Shown here: positions 13,720-28,090 of the stretch, in pieces | How the letters are laid out: each line of letters starts with the position of its first letter | Position numbering within the stretch: position 1 is the stretch's first letter | From: Lama glama | Taxonomy: Eukaryota | Length of the DNA: 64,000 nucleotides | Direction: 5' to 3' | NCBI GenBank assembly: GCA_028534125.1 | Contig: CM052818.1 | Location: 42,906,001-42,970,000, forward strand | Position numbers and translations under genes: made by a program | The notes under the pieces: generated by a model | Seen by the model: the letters and a program-made list of their open reading frames with translations, nothing else | Told to the model about the DNA's origin: nothing | Database searches by the model: none

Positions 13720-15425
13720 CTTAACAGCATGCAACTACCTTACAGAGTTCCTCAGAACTAGAGAAGAAAGCAAGCTATTTATTATTGCAGAATAACCCAA
13801 AAACTGACAAGAGAATTTAGAAGTATTAACTGAAGTCAAGACCAAAATTCAAAGATAAATGTCAATCCTGTATACCAACAGCAACTTAAATTGTAAGGCA
13901 TATGGAAATAAACCTAACAGAATATGTATAATATCCACATTAAGAAAGTTACAAAATATAGTTAAGAGAGAGAAAAGATTTATGCAGACGAGCATACGAG
14001 CATTTACAATTTGTTTATGGATAGGAAGTCCCACTACCCTACAGTGGTCAGTTCTTCCCCCCAATAATCCACATATTCAAGACTATTTAAATCAAACTCT
14101 CCACGTGATTTTTCATGTAACTAATTAAATTCTAAAATTCTTAGGAAAAGCAATTATCTAATATTTTCCAAAACATAAAAAATGAAAAACCAAGATAACT
14201 CGTCCTATTAGACTTAAGACTTTTGTAAAACTATGGTAATTAAAACATTAAGGCAGAAGCTTAGAAGTCAATAGATAAAAGGAATCAATTAGAGAGACAA
14301 GAAATAGATTCAGGCATATGTGGAATTTAGTACCTGGTGTGCATAGCATACAAATCCTGTGCAATGATGGACTGTTCAATAAAAGGTGTAGCAACTCAGC
14401 TTTCTTTATGGAAGATAAAATCTAAAGCACTAATTCACATCATACAAAAAAGATCTTGCAAATGCATAAAATATCCAATTTATAAAATCAAACTTGTAAT
14501 ACACTTAAAAGAAAATGTAGAACATCTTTGAGACCTCTAAAAATGTAAACATTTCTTATATATGACAGATTGAAAAACAGAAAAGATCAATAATTCTGAT
14601 TGTATCCTGATTTTAAGTATCTGTAATATAAAGACATATACAAAACTTGAAAAGGGCCGAATTGGGAGAAGATATTTCCATTCAACATAACCAAATCAAC
14701 ATTTAAAAGAAAAATAATTCAATAGAAAAAGAACAAAAGAGTTATCACATTGAACAGCCAACCCCAAAGGCTGGAAATAGCCTATAAATATGAAAATACA
14801 TGCAACCTTGCAGAAAATCAGCAAAGGTGGAACTGAAGCAAGGAGAGGTTTATGTCCATGAATTGGATGATTGGCAAAATGCAGTAAGTTTGACATTACA
14901 AAGTGTTAGGAAAGATGAGGGCAAACCAAAGTCTTTATACTCTCTGTAGTATGAATGTTAACTTATAAAACTAATTTAGAGAGCAATTAGAAACCTAGTG
15001 ACACTGAAATGAAAATATTCTGATATACAGCAATCCTACTCCTTGGTTGACACTATAGAAAAACCTCACATGCGAAGAGTAGAACTTTAGCATTCTTGCC
15101 ACCAAGAAAAAAAGGTAATTGGGTGAGATGATTGGTGTGTTAAATCAAATAATTAATTGCGGAGTGACATACACAACATGATAGCATTAAGGCAAATTAA
15201 GAGGGGAAATAAAAGCACACCTAAAAAGTGATGTGGAAAGATACACCCAAATCAAGATAGAATTTTACTTTAGAGAAAGAGACTTATAATGCAAGTGGGT
15301 AACAAAGGAATTTTTGCTGCCATGTGTTGTATGACTGGCACTTACATAAGAAAATGGTTTTTATTAATTCTGGTTGTTGGGTATTGTCATTACCTTCAGA
15401 AATTTTTTTTAACTTTTCAAAATTA
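13720..15425 (+). mobile_element. Ancient L1 (L1ME-like) ORF2/3' remnant
   Basis: A-rich and highly decayed, with collinear similarity to the L1 at 9304-12049 (e.g. AAAACTATGGTAATTAAAACA, CAGCAATCCTACTCCTTGG). Confidence 0.7.
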
Positions 15426-15479
15426 AAACACAGAGCACGTAGTCACTGCTAAAGTAAAGAATGGAAGAATAATGGATAG

Positions 15480-17520
15480 AATGGCTCTTGAAATGATTGG
15501 TAACAGAGAACCAAAAAAACAGGACCATTAATGGAATAAAACTTTGGGACATACACAGTCAAGGGATTTTTTTTTTTTTCAGATGGGAAAGGTTATAAAG
15601 GATGCTCATGAGACAAAGGGAAAGATTCACTAGAAAAGCTAAGATTAAGGATGTAGTAGAGAGTGTAGTCAAAGACTGCTGAAAAGCAAGAGGAAAAGAG
15701 AACCAATACAACTGTGGAGTCATTGAAAGGTAGAGATGCCTTCTCCACTGAAAATAGAAAGACGGAAAAGATGGAATGAGTTTATCTAGGGTTGGTGGCA
15801 TGAAGAACATTAGCCTTCCCCAACTGGGGTGGCTGTTTCTCCTGGAACATTTGGGAAGTCAGCAAAGGTAGTGTCTTGTCATCACCAGTGGAAGCGAGAA
15901 GCTGCTGTCATCATGACTGAAGGCCAGTCTTGGTAGGAGAAAGGAGTCCGCAAAGACGCTAAGTTGGTGCGTAATGTATCGTAGTGACTAGAGAAAAAAG
16001 CTTCACACAAAGCTCGTATGGACTTTAAACCACATCTTACCCCAAAGGTCAGGTTTTATATGTGCATGCAGGTGCTTTTTGGCTTCTTGTGTTGTAATTA
16101 CTCCCATGCCCAAATCTGCTCCTCTGGCAAAAGATTTCTAAACACAGAGGGTGGAACATTTGCAGCAACCATCGGGACACTGAAAGTTAAACTTCCTTTC
16201 CCCCTTCTCAGAAACTTATTTCAAAAAGAATGTTGAATGGGACACTCAAGCAGCTTGGAAGCAGTGAAGGGAGGCATGCCTTAGTTTAAAAATTTATGAC
16301 CCTAGACAGCTACACCTGAGAGATGAATACTGGCTGTCACATAGTGTATATTAAGAGGGCACCCATGCCAAAAAAGATAAAGCAATTCACATCTGATGAC
16401 TTCAATTTTCGGTTTGAAATATGAAGCTAGGTCATCAGCTGAGAGTGATGAAGGGATGGTCTGAGAAGAGAATTAGCTTGGAGACAGTCATCTTGGACCA
16501 TGACAAAGAGAGATGTTAGACGCACATGGAAGGACTCGTAAGCAATTCTCCTTTCAAATTAATGATTGTGTAGGGAAAACAAAACTTGTTAGCATGCTTG
16601 TGTGATTTTCCTCAGCCAGAGTCAGCTGCTCAGGTGCGGATCCCAAAATCCTGGATCATAATTTTCATCTGGGATGAGTAAAAGAGAGGAAGATAAAGCC
16701 AAAGAAAATGACAGAATTTTAAGAAATTGATAATGATGATGAATCAAACAATTCATGACCAAACAGCTGAAAAGTGAGGGGTTCACTGGCAATGAGAAAG
16801 TGATGGGAAATTCACTTTCTCACTGGCTCGAATTCTTGACAAGGTTAAAAAAAGCACAAGAAGAAATGAGATTCATTAAAGCAAGAAAAATAGGAAATTA
16901 TGGCTATAAATTAGGATGTTTATTGTTGTAACTTCAGAAGTTAGGTGATGATGAATTCTAGAAAGTAATTTCTGACTGGCTTGCAAATAAATGACTGGAG
17001 TTGAAGGGATAAAGAACTGAGAGACTGCTGGACAATTAATTCATGTGATGTTGAGGTCCCTGACAGCAGGAATTGAGATAGAAAGACTATGGTCCTAAAG
17101 GTAAAAAGTAATGAAGACAAGTTCATCATATAAGACAGTGTGACCAGAGGAAAGAAGAGATCCCACCTTGATGATAGGAGCTTCAAAAGAGTAGATCTGT
17201 CCACACTCCCCCAGAGAACAAAGGATGTAAATGATTTAAAACTATCAAAAAGGAGCAAATGGACACCTAACCAAACTTTTGGTCCTTAAATGAAAGCAAA
17301 ACAAACAAACAAACCCCACGAACAGCTTAATTTGAAAGGGCAGCAAGGGAAGTGGTATCCTCATGGACAGCCTTATTTCACTTCAGTCAAGGTAGTAAAA
17401 GGACTATTTGGAAAAAGAGGCTCAGAGTATATGAACACTGAAAGGTAACAGTCCAGAAGTTCGAGAGTTCCCAATGGACGGTTTGGAGATGGGGAAGAGT
17501 GGAAAATTATATCACATAAA
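15480..17520 (-). mobile_element. Fragmented L2 remnant(s)
   Basis: Purine-rich + strand with L2-like blocks, e.g. GACTTCAATTTTC...AGGTCATCAGCTGAGAGTGA at ~16400-16450. Boundaries approximate. Confidence 0.4.
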
Positions 17521-17584
17521 GGGATGTATACAATGCATTTGGGGAGGAGAGCAAAGGTGGTAATTGCTACCTCAGGACAAGGAC

Positions 17585-18205
17585 TTCAACGCAAACCCAA
17601 TCAAAATCCCAAAGAGTTATTTTCTGGGTATCGACAAATTGATTCTAAAGTCTTTACGGAGAGGCAAGAGACCCAGCATAACCAACACAAGATTGAAGGT
17701 GAAGAACAAAGTTGGAAGACTGACACGACCCAACTGCTATAGCCTTATTGTAGAGCAACAGGAATCAAGAGTGTGGTCTTGGCGAAAGAACACACAAATA
17801 GATCAATGAACAAAACAGAGAGCCCAGAAATAGATATACACGAATACAGTCAACTGATCTTTGACAGAGGAGCAAAGAGAGTCAATGGAGAAAGGACAGC
17901 CTCCAAAGTACTTTGAAAATGGACATCCACATGCAAAAAAGTGAATCTAGACACAGATCTTAGATCTTTCACAAAAATTTACTCAAACCAGAGCACAAAG
18001 TTTCATGGACAATGGAAAACTGTAAAACTCCTAGAAGATAACACAGGAGAAAAATCTAGATGACCTTGGGCTTGGCAATGACTTCTTAGGTACAATGAAA
18101 ACATGATAAATAAAAGAAAAAACTGGTAAGTTAAATTGTATAAAAATTAAAAACTGCTCTGCAAAACAAACAAACACTGTTGTTCGAATGAAAAGACAAG
18201 TTTCC
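17585..18205 (+). mobile_element. Old L1 ORF2 internal fragment
   Basis: Translates NANPIKIPKSYF..IDKLILK; homologous to 21480-22080 and 10370-10990. Confidence 0.85.
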
Positions 18206-18640
18206 TGCAGGAATAAAATTAACCTAAACTTGACTGTCAGTTGTATCCATGTGACAGATAACCACAACTGGTTACCACACTAGGTGATAATATACATACC
18301 TATGCAAAGCACCTTAAAATGTTTGGAGACTGGGGAGAAACAAGACCACCACCACCACCAAAACAGCATGCAAATGCAAACATAGAAGGAGCAGCGGTTT
18401 CGATACTCATATTAGGAATCATAAAAAAATAAAGCTTTGCCTTATAATTATCAATGGGATAATGAACAGAGAAATTATGACTCCATGTTTGCATATGTGA
18501 AGCAATAAAGAGTATTAATACGTTAAACAGAAATTAAATATTATAAAAAGAAATGACAAAAATACAACACGAATGGGAATTTTTAACACACTTTTTCATT
18601 GTTTACAGATTAAATAGACCAATTATGCATAGATGTAGAG

Positions 18641-18860
18641 CTGGGGTTGACAAATATTTTCTGTAAAGGGCCAGACAGTAAATATTTTAGACTTTGCAGC
18701 TCTGTGGTCTCTACTAAAACGCTCAACTCCGCTGCTGTTGTGTGAAAGCAGCCATAAACAATGTGTAAACAAATTGGCTTGACTGTGATGTAATAAAACT
18801 TTATTTATAAGACAGTTACCAGCTGGGTTTGGCCAGCAGACAGTGCTTCGCCAAGCAATG
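18641..18860. mobile_element. MER58A-like hAT MITE with 8-bp TSD
   Basis: 220 bp; contains TTTTCTGTAAAGGGCCAGACAGTAAATATTTTAG; TSD ATGTAGAG (18633-18640) / ATCTAGAG (18861-18868). Confidence 0.85.
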
Positions 18861-19265
18861 ATCTAGAGTATCTGAATAGTATCAATAAAAGTACCCAACT
18901 TAAGTATGTATATTTGTTTTCATACACATATGCACACATATAAAACTCTATACCCTTTACATGGAGATTGCATCTTCTTTTCAAACACTATGGTTCATAT
19001 ATTTCATTTTAAACAATGATACTTAGAAATGGAAAGGATCGGATTTGCTCAGCACAATTAATAACCATACAAAGAGCAAACGTAGAAATTTTTAAAAGCA
19101 ACGAATTATTTTCTTAAAAAATAACCAGATGTAAAAGCTCTTTTTAAAAAGCTCTCTCTTTACCACCCTTGGAACACACAAGTTCAAGTATCTAGTGCAA
19201 CATGTCTACTAAATGATGTCAATGGTATCACTGTAGTTCAATTTGTGTAGCTCAAACTAGCAGTG

Positions 19266-19307
19266 TCTAAGCTATGAGATCTAAGCTATGAGATCTCAGC
19301 TAAGAAT
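19266..19307. repeat. 14-bp tandem repeat (TCTAAGCTATGAGA x2 plus a degenerate third copy)
   Basis: Read directly from the sequence. Confidence 0.85.
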
Positions 19308-19659
19308 GTTCTAAGAAAAAAAAAACAAAGCTTAAATGGTTTCATTTTTAATAAAGAGAAAGTAAAATTGCAACAATTTCACTGGGTTATTTTCTATATA
19401 CAAATAGCTCGCCTGGGCAGATTCTACCTACTAGTTGCAGAATAGGCAAGCCAAGGAAGCAGCTCTATGACCAAATTATTTTAGTTTGTATGAAGAAACC
19501 TATTTCTGCAAGAGCATGCTGTTTCTCATGACTGTGCGCTAAAAGGCAGTGCAGGACTTCACCTCATTACAACAGAACTCCCATCCTGAGACACCTGCTG
19601 AGGGGATTCAACAATGATTTATGGATGTGCTGAGAGGTACCACAGGAGCTAACTGTCAA

Positions 19660-20260
19660 TATGATCAACGTAGATTTCTATTTGTAAAAGTGAGCAGACA
19701 AGCAAAAATCACCAGATACATGAAGAAAACAAGCAGCTCTAAAGAAGACTGCCTGAGAAGTCACAGTAAATACTGCCTAATAAAAAAGAATTTATTTGAG
19801 ACACAGGGAAATCACAACAGGAAATAAATTAAATATTTGTCTATATAGATTTGAGCTGCTATCAGAGTACTAATAAAATAAGAAATGGCTTCTTTTGGCA
19901 AAAGAGAAATTAAAAATACATCAAAAATTAAAATAAAAACAAGTAGTAAATATCATGGCCAGAATTGTACACTGAATTAATGAAAAGATGGTAAATTCTC
20001 CCCAAATTCAGAGAACAAGATAGAGGAATAAAAAATATGAGAGATGTGTGTAATATAACCAGGAAAATATTTAAAAACTACTCTGGATTCTGGGGGGAGA
20101 GGAGGGGAAAGAATTGTGAGTCAAAAATTTTATTGTAAACTGTATTATTATTATTAAGGAAAAAAGAAAAGACTTTTTAAGACATGTAAAACATCAGAAA
20201 AAATATTCATAAATCTTTCTGAAAAAAAGGTTATTTCATGTTAGTACTTGAGTAGAAAAT
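19660..20260 (+). mobile_element. Ancient L1/HAL1 ORF1-like remnant
   Basis: A-rich; CAAAAATCACCAGATACATGAAGAAA resembles old ORF1 5' segments from recall. Confidence 0.35.
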
Positions 20261-20869
20261 TCAGTAACGTGTATAGTCGTAGTCCAGTTTGGCAGTCTTT
20301 GGGAAGACTGCAAGGGCAGAGGGGACAGGGAAGGTAAGGTCATGCTACCCCTCAACCTGATAGCTCCATGGGATTGAAGTCACCCTCATGGTGACTAGTT
20401 TAAGGCAGTAACTGGCAGAAGAGAAGGGTAGCACCCATGGAGCTGCAGACAGAATGAAGAAAGGTTCCAAAAATGGCAGCAAATTCAAAGAGCTCAAGAG
20501 AGAAAGCAAAATCATAACGTGTTTACTCCAGTGAAAAAGAAGCATACTTTTATGAAGAAAGGGAAAACCAGACACCTTAAAGATGATGAATGGATGAGTA
20601 GATGAGTAAGTGGGTGGATAGATAATCAAATAGGTACACATACTTGCAAACTAATAGAAAACATTCTAAATCCAACAATTAGATATGATTCAGAGATTTT
20701 ATTTATTTTAGTTTTACTTTACTTCTATTGCTGTAAAGTGGTATAATAAGCATCTGTTTATTTCATTATAAGATAAAATGTCTTTATATCTTGAAAATAG
20801 AACATTAGAATACTTCCTTTATCTAAACCTGTCATATTTTAAGAATTACATTAAAAGTCCTCCTCCTCA

Positions 20870-23189
20870 TTAACTTGATAAAGAACGTCTATGGAAAACC
20901 TTTGGTAACATCATACTTAGTGGTGAGAAACTAAGGTTTCCCACTAAGATCAATGACAAGGAAAGGATATTCCTCATGACCTCTCCTTTTCCACATCATA
21001 CATTATACAGATGTCCTAGGTGATGCAATAAGACAAAAGAAAAATGAAGTGCACAAACTGGGCAGGAATAAAACTGTCTTTGTTCACGGATGACATAATT
21101 GTCTATGTAGAAAATTCAAAAGAATCAGGAAAAACACAACAACAACAAAAACAAGACCCTCCTGGACTGATAAGCAATTATAAAAAGGTTACAGGATACA
21201 AGGTTAATGTACAAAAGTCAGTTGCTTTTCTACATTCCAGCAGTGAGCAAGTGGAATTTGAAATTAAAAACGTAATAGACCATTTCCATTAGCACACCAA
21301 AAAATGAAATATTTAGGTATAAATCTAACAAAATGTGTACAAGATCTATACGAGGAAAACTGCAGATCTCTGATGAACCAACAAAGAACTGGATGAATGG
21401 AAAGAGATTCCATTTTCATAGACAGGAAGACAACAGTCTAAGATGTTATTTTTTTTTAACTTGATCTAAATTCAACACAATGCCAGTCAAAAACCTAGTA
21501 AGTTATTTTGTGGATATTGACAAACTGATTCTAAAGTTTATATGTAAAGGTAAAAACCCCAGAATAGCCAACACAATATTGAAGAACAAAGTCAGAGGAC
21601 TGATACCACCGAACTTTGAGCCTTACGACAAAGGAACAGTAATCAAGAGAGTGTGGTACTGGCTAAACAATAAACAAATTAATGAAACAGAAAAAAGGGC
21701 AGAAATAGACATACAAATGCAGTTAACTGAAATTTGACAAAGGAGCAAAGGCAACACAATAGAGCAAAGATAATCTTTTCAATTAATAGTGCTGGAATAA
21801 ATTGACATCAACATGCAAACAAAGAAAAAATAATCTGAATATAGACATACACCCTTCATAAAAATTAACTCAAGATGGAACACAGACCGAAACATACAGT
21901 GTAAAAATATAAAACTCCTAGAAGATATAACATAGGTAAAAACCTAGATGGCCTTGGATATGGCAATGCCTTTTTAGATACAACACAGATGGTATAACCC
22001 ATGAATGAAATAACTGGTAAGATGGACTCTATTGAAATTAAAATCTTCTCAATGCAAAAGTACTATCAAAAGAATGAGAATACAAACCACAGACGGGGAG
22101 CAAATATTTCCAAAGGACAAGTGAGAAAGTACTACTATCTAAAATATACAAAGAACACTTAAAACTCAACAATATGAAAACAAACAGCCCAATTAAAAAA
22201 GCATCCAATGATCTTAAATACCTCACACACACACACACACACAAATGTAGATGACAAATAAGCATAAGAAAAGATGCCCCACATCTCTGCCACCAGAGAA
22301 ATGCAGATTAAAACAAGGTACTGCTACATAATTAGAATGGCCAAAATCTGAAACACTGACAACATCAAATGTGGGCAAAGGTGTGGAGCAGGAAGTCTAT
22401 CTCATTACTGGTGGGGATGCAAAATAGTACAGCCACTTTGGGAGACGGTTTTGCAATTTTTTTTTAATACAAAACCAAGCATACTCCTACCACAATCCAG
22501 CAATTGCCCTCCTTGGTATTTACTGAAATGGACTGAAAACTAAAGTCAACACAAAACTGGCACACTAAGGTTTATAGCAGCTTTGTTCATAATTGCAAAA
22601 ACTTGGAAGCAACCAAGATGTCTTCCAGTAGTTTAATGGATAAATAAAACTGTGGTACACCCAGACAGTGGAATATTACTCAACACTTAAAAGAAACGAG
22701 CCAATCAACCTATGAAAAAACACGGAGGAAACTCAGATGCATATTACTAAGTGAAAGAAGCCCATCTGCAAAGGATCCTGTGTGATTCCAACTTTATGAC
22801 AATCTGGAAAACAGAACAACAGAGACAATAAAAGGATCAGAGATTGTCAGAGGCTGGGAGGGGAGAGAGTAATGTACAGGTGGAATACAGAGGACTTTCA
22901 GGACAGTGAAACTAGTTTGTATGATATTATAATGGTCAATACATGCTGTTATGTATTTGTCCAGCCCACAGAATGTACAAAACCAATAGCGAACCCTAAT
23001 GTAAACTATGGAATTTGGATGATTATGATGTGTCATGTAGTTTCATCAAATGGATCACTCTGGTGGGGATGCTGATGATGAGAGAGGCTGTGCATTTGTG
23101 GGAACAGGAGGTAAAATGAGAAATCTCTGTACCTCTACTCAATCCTGCTGTGAACTTAAAATTGCTTTAAAAAATAAAGTTTATTAAGC
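20870..23189 (+). mobile_element. 5'-truncated L1MC-like element with TSD
   Basis: ORF2 remnants (LSLFTDDIIVYVEN, IDKLILKFI); L1MC-type 3'UTR (GAACCCTAATGTAAACTATGG); AATAAA near 23173. TSD AAAAGTCCTCCTCCTCA (20853-20869) / AAAAATCCTCCTCATCA (23190-23206). Confidence 0.9.
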
Positions 23190-26167
23190 AAAAATCCTCC
23201 TCATCAGATAAATCAGTCATGACACAAAAAAGTTAATCACACAAAAGTACGGTTAAAAGAATAAAGTTCTTGTTTACCATCTGATTCAAAATAGTCATAT
23301 GGCCAGACCAGTATGTACCAAATCCCTAAATCCAAAGCACCTGAATTGGGAAAAATCTTCTATCACTTCATGCCTATTCTCCAACTATCTCATTTGTATT
23401 TATTTATTTAATTCTTGGAGAGAACTGGCAAGCGAAACTCTCCTTACCACTTTAAAGATTTATTTAAAAGGTTTGGAGCAATTTACTCCTTGCCAACTCA
23501 AGCAAACAATTACTCTAAAATTGATAGAAAATCCATTTTTTTCTGAATATGAAACTTTTTCTCTATTTACAAGTTCAAATATTTAGAAAAGCAATTCAGA
23601 ATTGAATCGATCAAATTCAAAGTACAAAAAGCAAATTGAGTATTCTCTGATTTCAGGTTACATTTCAGGTTTTTTTTTCATAGTTTTTAAATTATAAATA
23701 AAGTGCTACAATTACAAAGAGAATCAAAGGAGAATCAGTTTCAATTATAGTGCAAGGTATTATTTTTGTAATTTCTTTAATATAATAAACACCATATCGC
23801 TTAGAAAACTGTGCTCAGGAAACCCAGCTGAAGGTCAGGTCAAAGTCATTGGAAATGAGTTTGGTCCTATTTTCATTTTCCCTCTTCCTAATGATAGTAA
23901 CTCACATGCAGTCTTCAAAATGAACACCTGTCTCCCTCACAGCCCTCCCACCGCTGCTCTGTAGGGACACTCAGCATCTCAGGCTCTCCTATCACAGCAT
24001 GAAGAACCTGGTCCATGTGCAGGGCCATGTGTAATTTTCAAAGTTTGGATGGAGAGTAAGAAATATATGTCTATACTGGAAATAAGACATCATTGAAAAC
24101 AAATCTATAGGAATAGTCTAAAGCAACCAACGTAATAGTCTCCACAAACTGAGAATACAAATAAAGTCATGATACTTTTACTTTTCCCTACAAATCACTG
24201 GACCCCTAGTTCCTTATGAGCAGGAAGTCCAATAATCCCCTCTAAATATTAATACTTGTACCCTATCTCTTTCGTTGTTCAAGAACCCCAGTTTCATGCT
24301 TGATCCAAAGAGCTAACCCCTCTGCTAATGCCAAGCATGGACTAAACTGGACTCCAGCTTGTCTCTTACCGTCATAGATCCCTCTGGTCACACCGTGTCT
24401 TTACTGGAGTTTCCCCTACACAATCTGACTGGCGGTGTTCATCTACTGTGGTAATACTTCTGCTTGTGAAATCCCAGGTTCATCATGGAAGGATGACCCC
24501 ATTTTTTGGAATGTGGGACCCAGCTGACAGCACTTAGCAATCTCAGCATCCATGTCCTGGAATGAAGGCAGCCCAGGAGCCTCAAATCAAGAAAAAAGAA
24601 TCACCATGCCTTCTGCCTCTCTGGCTATCAACTCTCCAAAAACACTGGGTCGCCTTCTTTTCAAATTTTCTCTGAAATTGAGCCTCATTAAACCTTATTC
24701 CTGGACAATTAAAGATAATTTTCTCCATCCAACTTTGTAAGGGAGCCTACACACTCAATAATGCGAACATGACTGGCTATTCGGAGAAAGTATTCTTAGG
24801 AATTTCAGGGTGACTCTGGCTGATACCAAGAAGAAAGGCACTTTGTTGCTAAAGAAAGAAAAAGAAAATGCTGATCACCTCCAGGGAAACTCTTTGATAA
24901 AGCATTTGGTAACACTAAGAATAGAACCTTTGTTTTCCGTCTTCTGAAAGGATAGTAATTTATCAAAATGGTACTCTCCCCTTACTGTTTAGTGCTGTGC
25001 TCTCGCCCACCACGTAATTTATCAATCCATGATGTCACTGTATAATGGAGGGAAAACCTGATGGTTACTGATGCATTTATTTAGTGCCATTTAAAACTTG
25101 ATCTCACTTGATCCTCCCTAAGAATACCGTGATGTACCTTTTTGGACAAGCGATGACTCACCAAGCCTGCTTCCAAACTCCAGCTGTATGGACTGTGGGC
25201 AGGAACCAGACCTGCTCCCTACTCGAGGCCAAGGCTCATATTCTGCCTCTTACCCTAAACTGTGTAATTACCCTCATTCAAGAGGAAAGGACAATGCATT
25301 TCAAAGATATTAAACCATATGCCTATGCTAAGATCTCACAGCCGCCAAGAATCAGACCTGAGAATCACACCCTCCAAATGCTGGGCCTGTTTTTCACAGC
25401 ACTTTTCTCCTTTGTAAGAAGAACAAAGTCACACTGCATTAGTGGCCAGGTCTGGCTCTAAGACATTCCCTTTCTTTCTGTCAGCATCAGAATGGAGAGA
25501 GGCAGATGCCAGAGAAGGCCATCAGTCATCTGGAAGAAACCCTGAATGCGGCCCATTAGCCATAAAAACAGGATGTTTTGGGACACCTTTCAGAAATTCT
25601 CTTTCAGGGAACTTTTCAATACAATTATGACCCTGTCTCTGTTATCAAAGGACTGTCAGCAAGCACTTAAGGAACTCACCTGGCTGCTGAAATGCCCCAA
25701 CGGCCAATGGAAAATGTCCCTCAATCAGGAGCAGAAAGTCAGACGCTCTTCCTGATTACCTCCGGATCTGGAGACAGCCTCTCCCAGTCAGCCAGGGGCC
25801 GGCTGCCTGTCCCTCTGACCTTTGCTAAGCGTGGACGTGACCAGCTGTGGATGAAGAATTTAAGAGGGCAACCTCTGAGGTCCTTCCCTCCATTGCCTCT
25901 GAGAATATTTAACATTTTCACTTCTAGTTACAAAAACAAAACAGAAGACAAGCAAACAGAAACCCCCTTATTTTAAGAGCAAGTCGTTCCTCCAAAGGAG
26001 ACGGAGATGAAGTTGAAAACCTTCAGTCAAACAACAAATGTTGGCATCTGCCATTATCAGACCTTATCCCATATGCCGCATGTAAATTACTGCATTTAAG
26101 CCTTGCAGAAAACCACAGGTGCGGATCCTGGGTTTCAGCCCGGGTACATCGTTTAAATGGCTTGTCC

Positions 26168-26178
26168 TGACGTCAGCA
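26168..26178 (+). promoter_or_regulatory. Full CRE with Maf-type flank (TGACGTCAGCA)
   Basis: Motif match only; the CpG is retained, in non-repeat sequence. Confidence 0.35.
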
Positions 26179-28090
26179 GCTAGCTGGGGGCAGAGCTCTC
26201 TTTCTGTGGTACAAAGTCCCATCCTGGAAACCACCCTATAGAGAATGTAAGAATGAATCCCAGACAAGTACCGCAGGGGACGCTAGGCAAACTGAGAAGT
26301 GTAGGACTTGCCTTCCAGTCCCTAAGGAAGTGCAGGTGTAAACTCACGCCCGCCGCAGCTGTCCTCTCCCCCTTTCTAAAACCACAGTGGACACAGGTCT
26401 GGTGAGCTGTGAGGCAGAAGGAGCTGTGAAGAGGCCTGAGCATTGGTGCCCTGGTTCAACCGAGAGCAGGCTGGTGACTCCAAGCAACTGCTCACCCTCT
26501 CTGGGCTTCAACCAACACATCCATAAGGAAGGCTTTGAACATGGTATCTGCAAGACACCTTAGTTCTCATACTCTGAGTATAATCCCCAAATACAGATGG
26601 GGCTAACAACACTGCAGGTTAACATAAAATATGAAATTGTCTGATTCTATCATCAGTGAATGGAAATGAACTGTTGTGATGTGTTATTTTCTCAAGAACC
26701 TTTGACCCAGTTCACGGAGGATGAGGGAAGTATCAAACTCAAAACACAGATTTTTACACCACAAATCGCTCCCGCTTTGGGAAGGGCAAAGGTAAATATT
26801 ACCTAAATATTTTTATAGTATTTTACAGATTACACATTCCACATATATTATGTTATAAAATCTTAACAAGTCTTTGAAACAGACATAATGGGCCCAGTTC
26901 ACATCATTAAGACCCAGGGAATATAAATGAGTTTACCCGGAGGGACAAGGCTAGTAGGTGGCAAAGCCAGGAGCAAAATCCTTGTCTTGATTCTAAATCT
27001 CATGTTCTTCACATATGCACATTTTTTAAGATCAACAATCAGTAAAATCCAATTTTTACCCTACAATGAATTAAAATTCAGCATTTACCCCCAAAGGCAT
27101 CACTATTTGGAATATGACAACATTTCTGAATAGTTTGAGGTTAATTATTATGGAGCCCTAAAGTTGCAGCTTTTCATTTTATAAAAGCCAAGATGAGAAG
27201 GGAAAAAAAAAATGTTGGAATAGTTCCACATTTTGCCATTGAAAAGTGAATCTTTTTTTTTTTTTTTTGAACTGGAGGTTCAGTGCATACTCAAATGCAG
27301 GTCTGACTCAGTTCTGAACTGTCAAAACATGTTTTCCTGCCCAGAGCTAAAACCGTTTCTAATATACCTTTCAAACGTTGCAACCAAACTGAGGAACTTT
27401 TCAAGTTCCTCTGTTGTTTGAATGAAGCAAAATTATTACTTGTTGAAAAACAAAAAAGCATTAGAATGCCTGAAGCCCATTTCTTCCCCTGAGGGAAGGA
27501 GAATTAGCCCCTGGGGAGTTTTAAATGGGTACCATTTCCTCCAGTGCAGAGAATGCTTAGCTCCAGTTTTTCCAACCTGCCCAGGTGTCCTCTGTGGGAG
27601 GGTCAGAAGTTGCAGAGACCCAGTGTGACAGTAACAGGGGCATGGGGCCTGCCTCAGGTCTTGGAGCTGACTGGAGATGCTCGCCCTATGGACTGGCAGC
27701 CCAGAAGAAGGAGCAGACTAAAACCTGGAGTTGTGAGGGAGGCAAAGCCGAAGCAGGTGGAGACAGCCCTTTTCTACCTTGTGCTCCTAAGCTTCCCGAT
27801 GTCATCCTGCAAGTTGGAGGCCACTCAAGGCTGAGAGACCTGAACCACCTTTACTGACAAGCGGGGATAAACAGGCCTCAACCCCAGTCACCAATGCAAG
27901 AGAAGAGAACCGGCTGGCTGGGTCTCCTGCAGAGGCAGAGAGGAAGCAGGACGTGAACTCGAGGCTGGGCCTTGGGAGGGCATCTACTTTGAAGCTCCTC
28001 TCGTCCCCACTGCGAACCACCTCTCCAACCACAGCCATGTCTCTGAGGATCAAGACAACCAGCTTCTAGTCCCAGCTAGTGACATTAAAC

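Larger units (their letters stand above)
18560..19380 (+). mobile_element. Ancient L1 endonuclease-region remnant interrupted by a MER58 element
   Basis: GGGAATTTTTAACACAC (GDFNT-like) and CATCTTCTTTTCAAACAC (TFFS-like) motifs flank the MITE. Confidence 0.45.
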
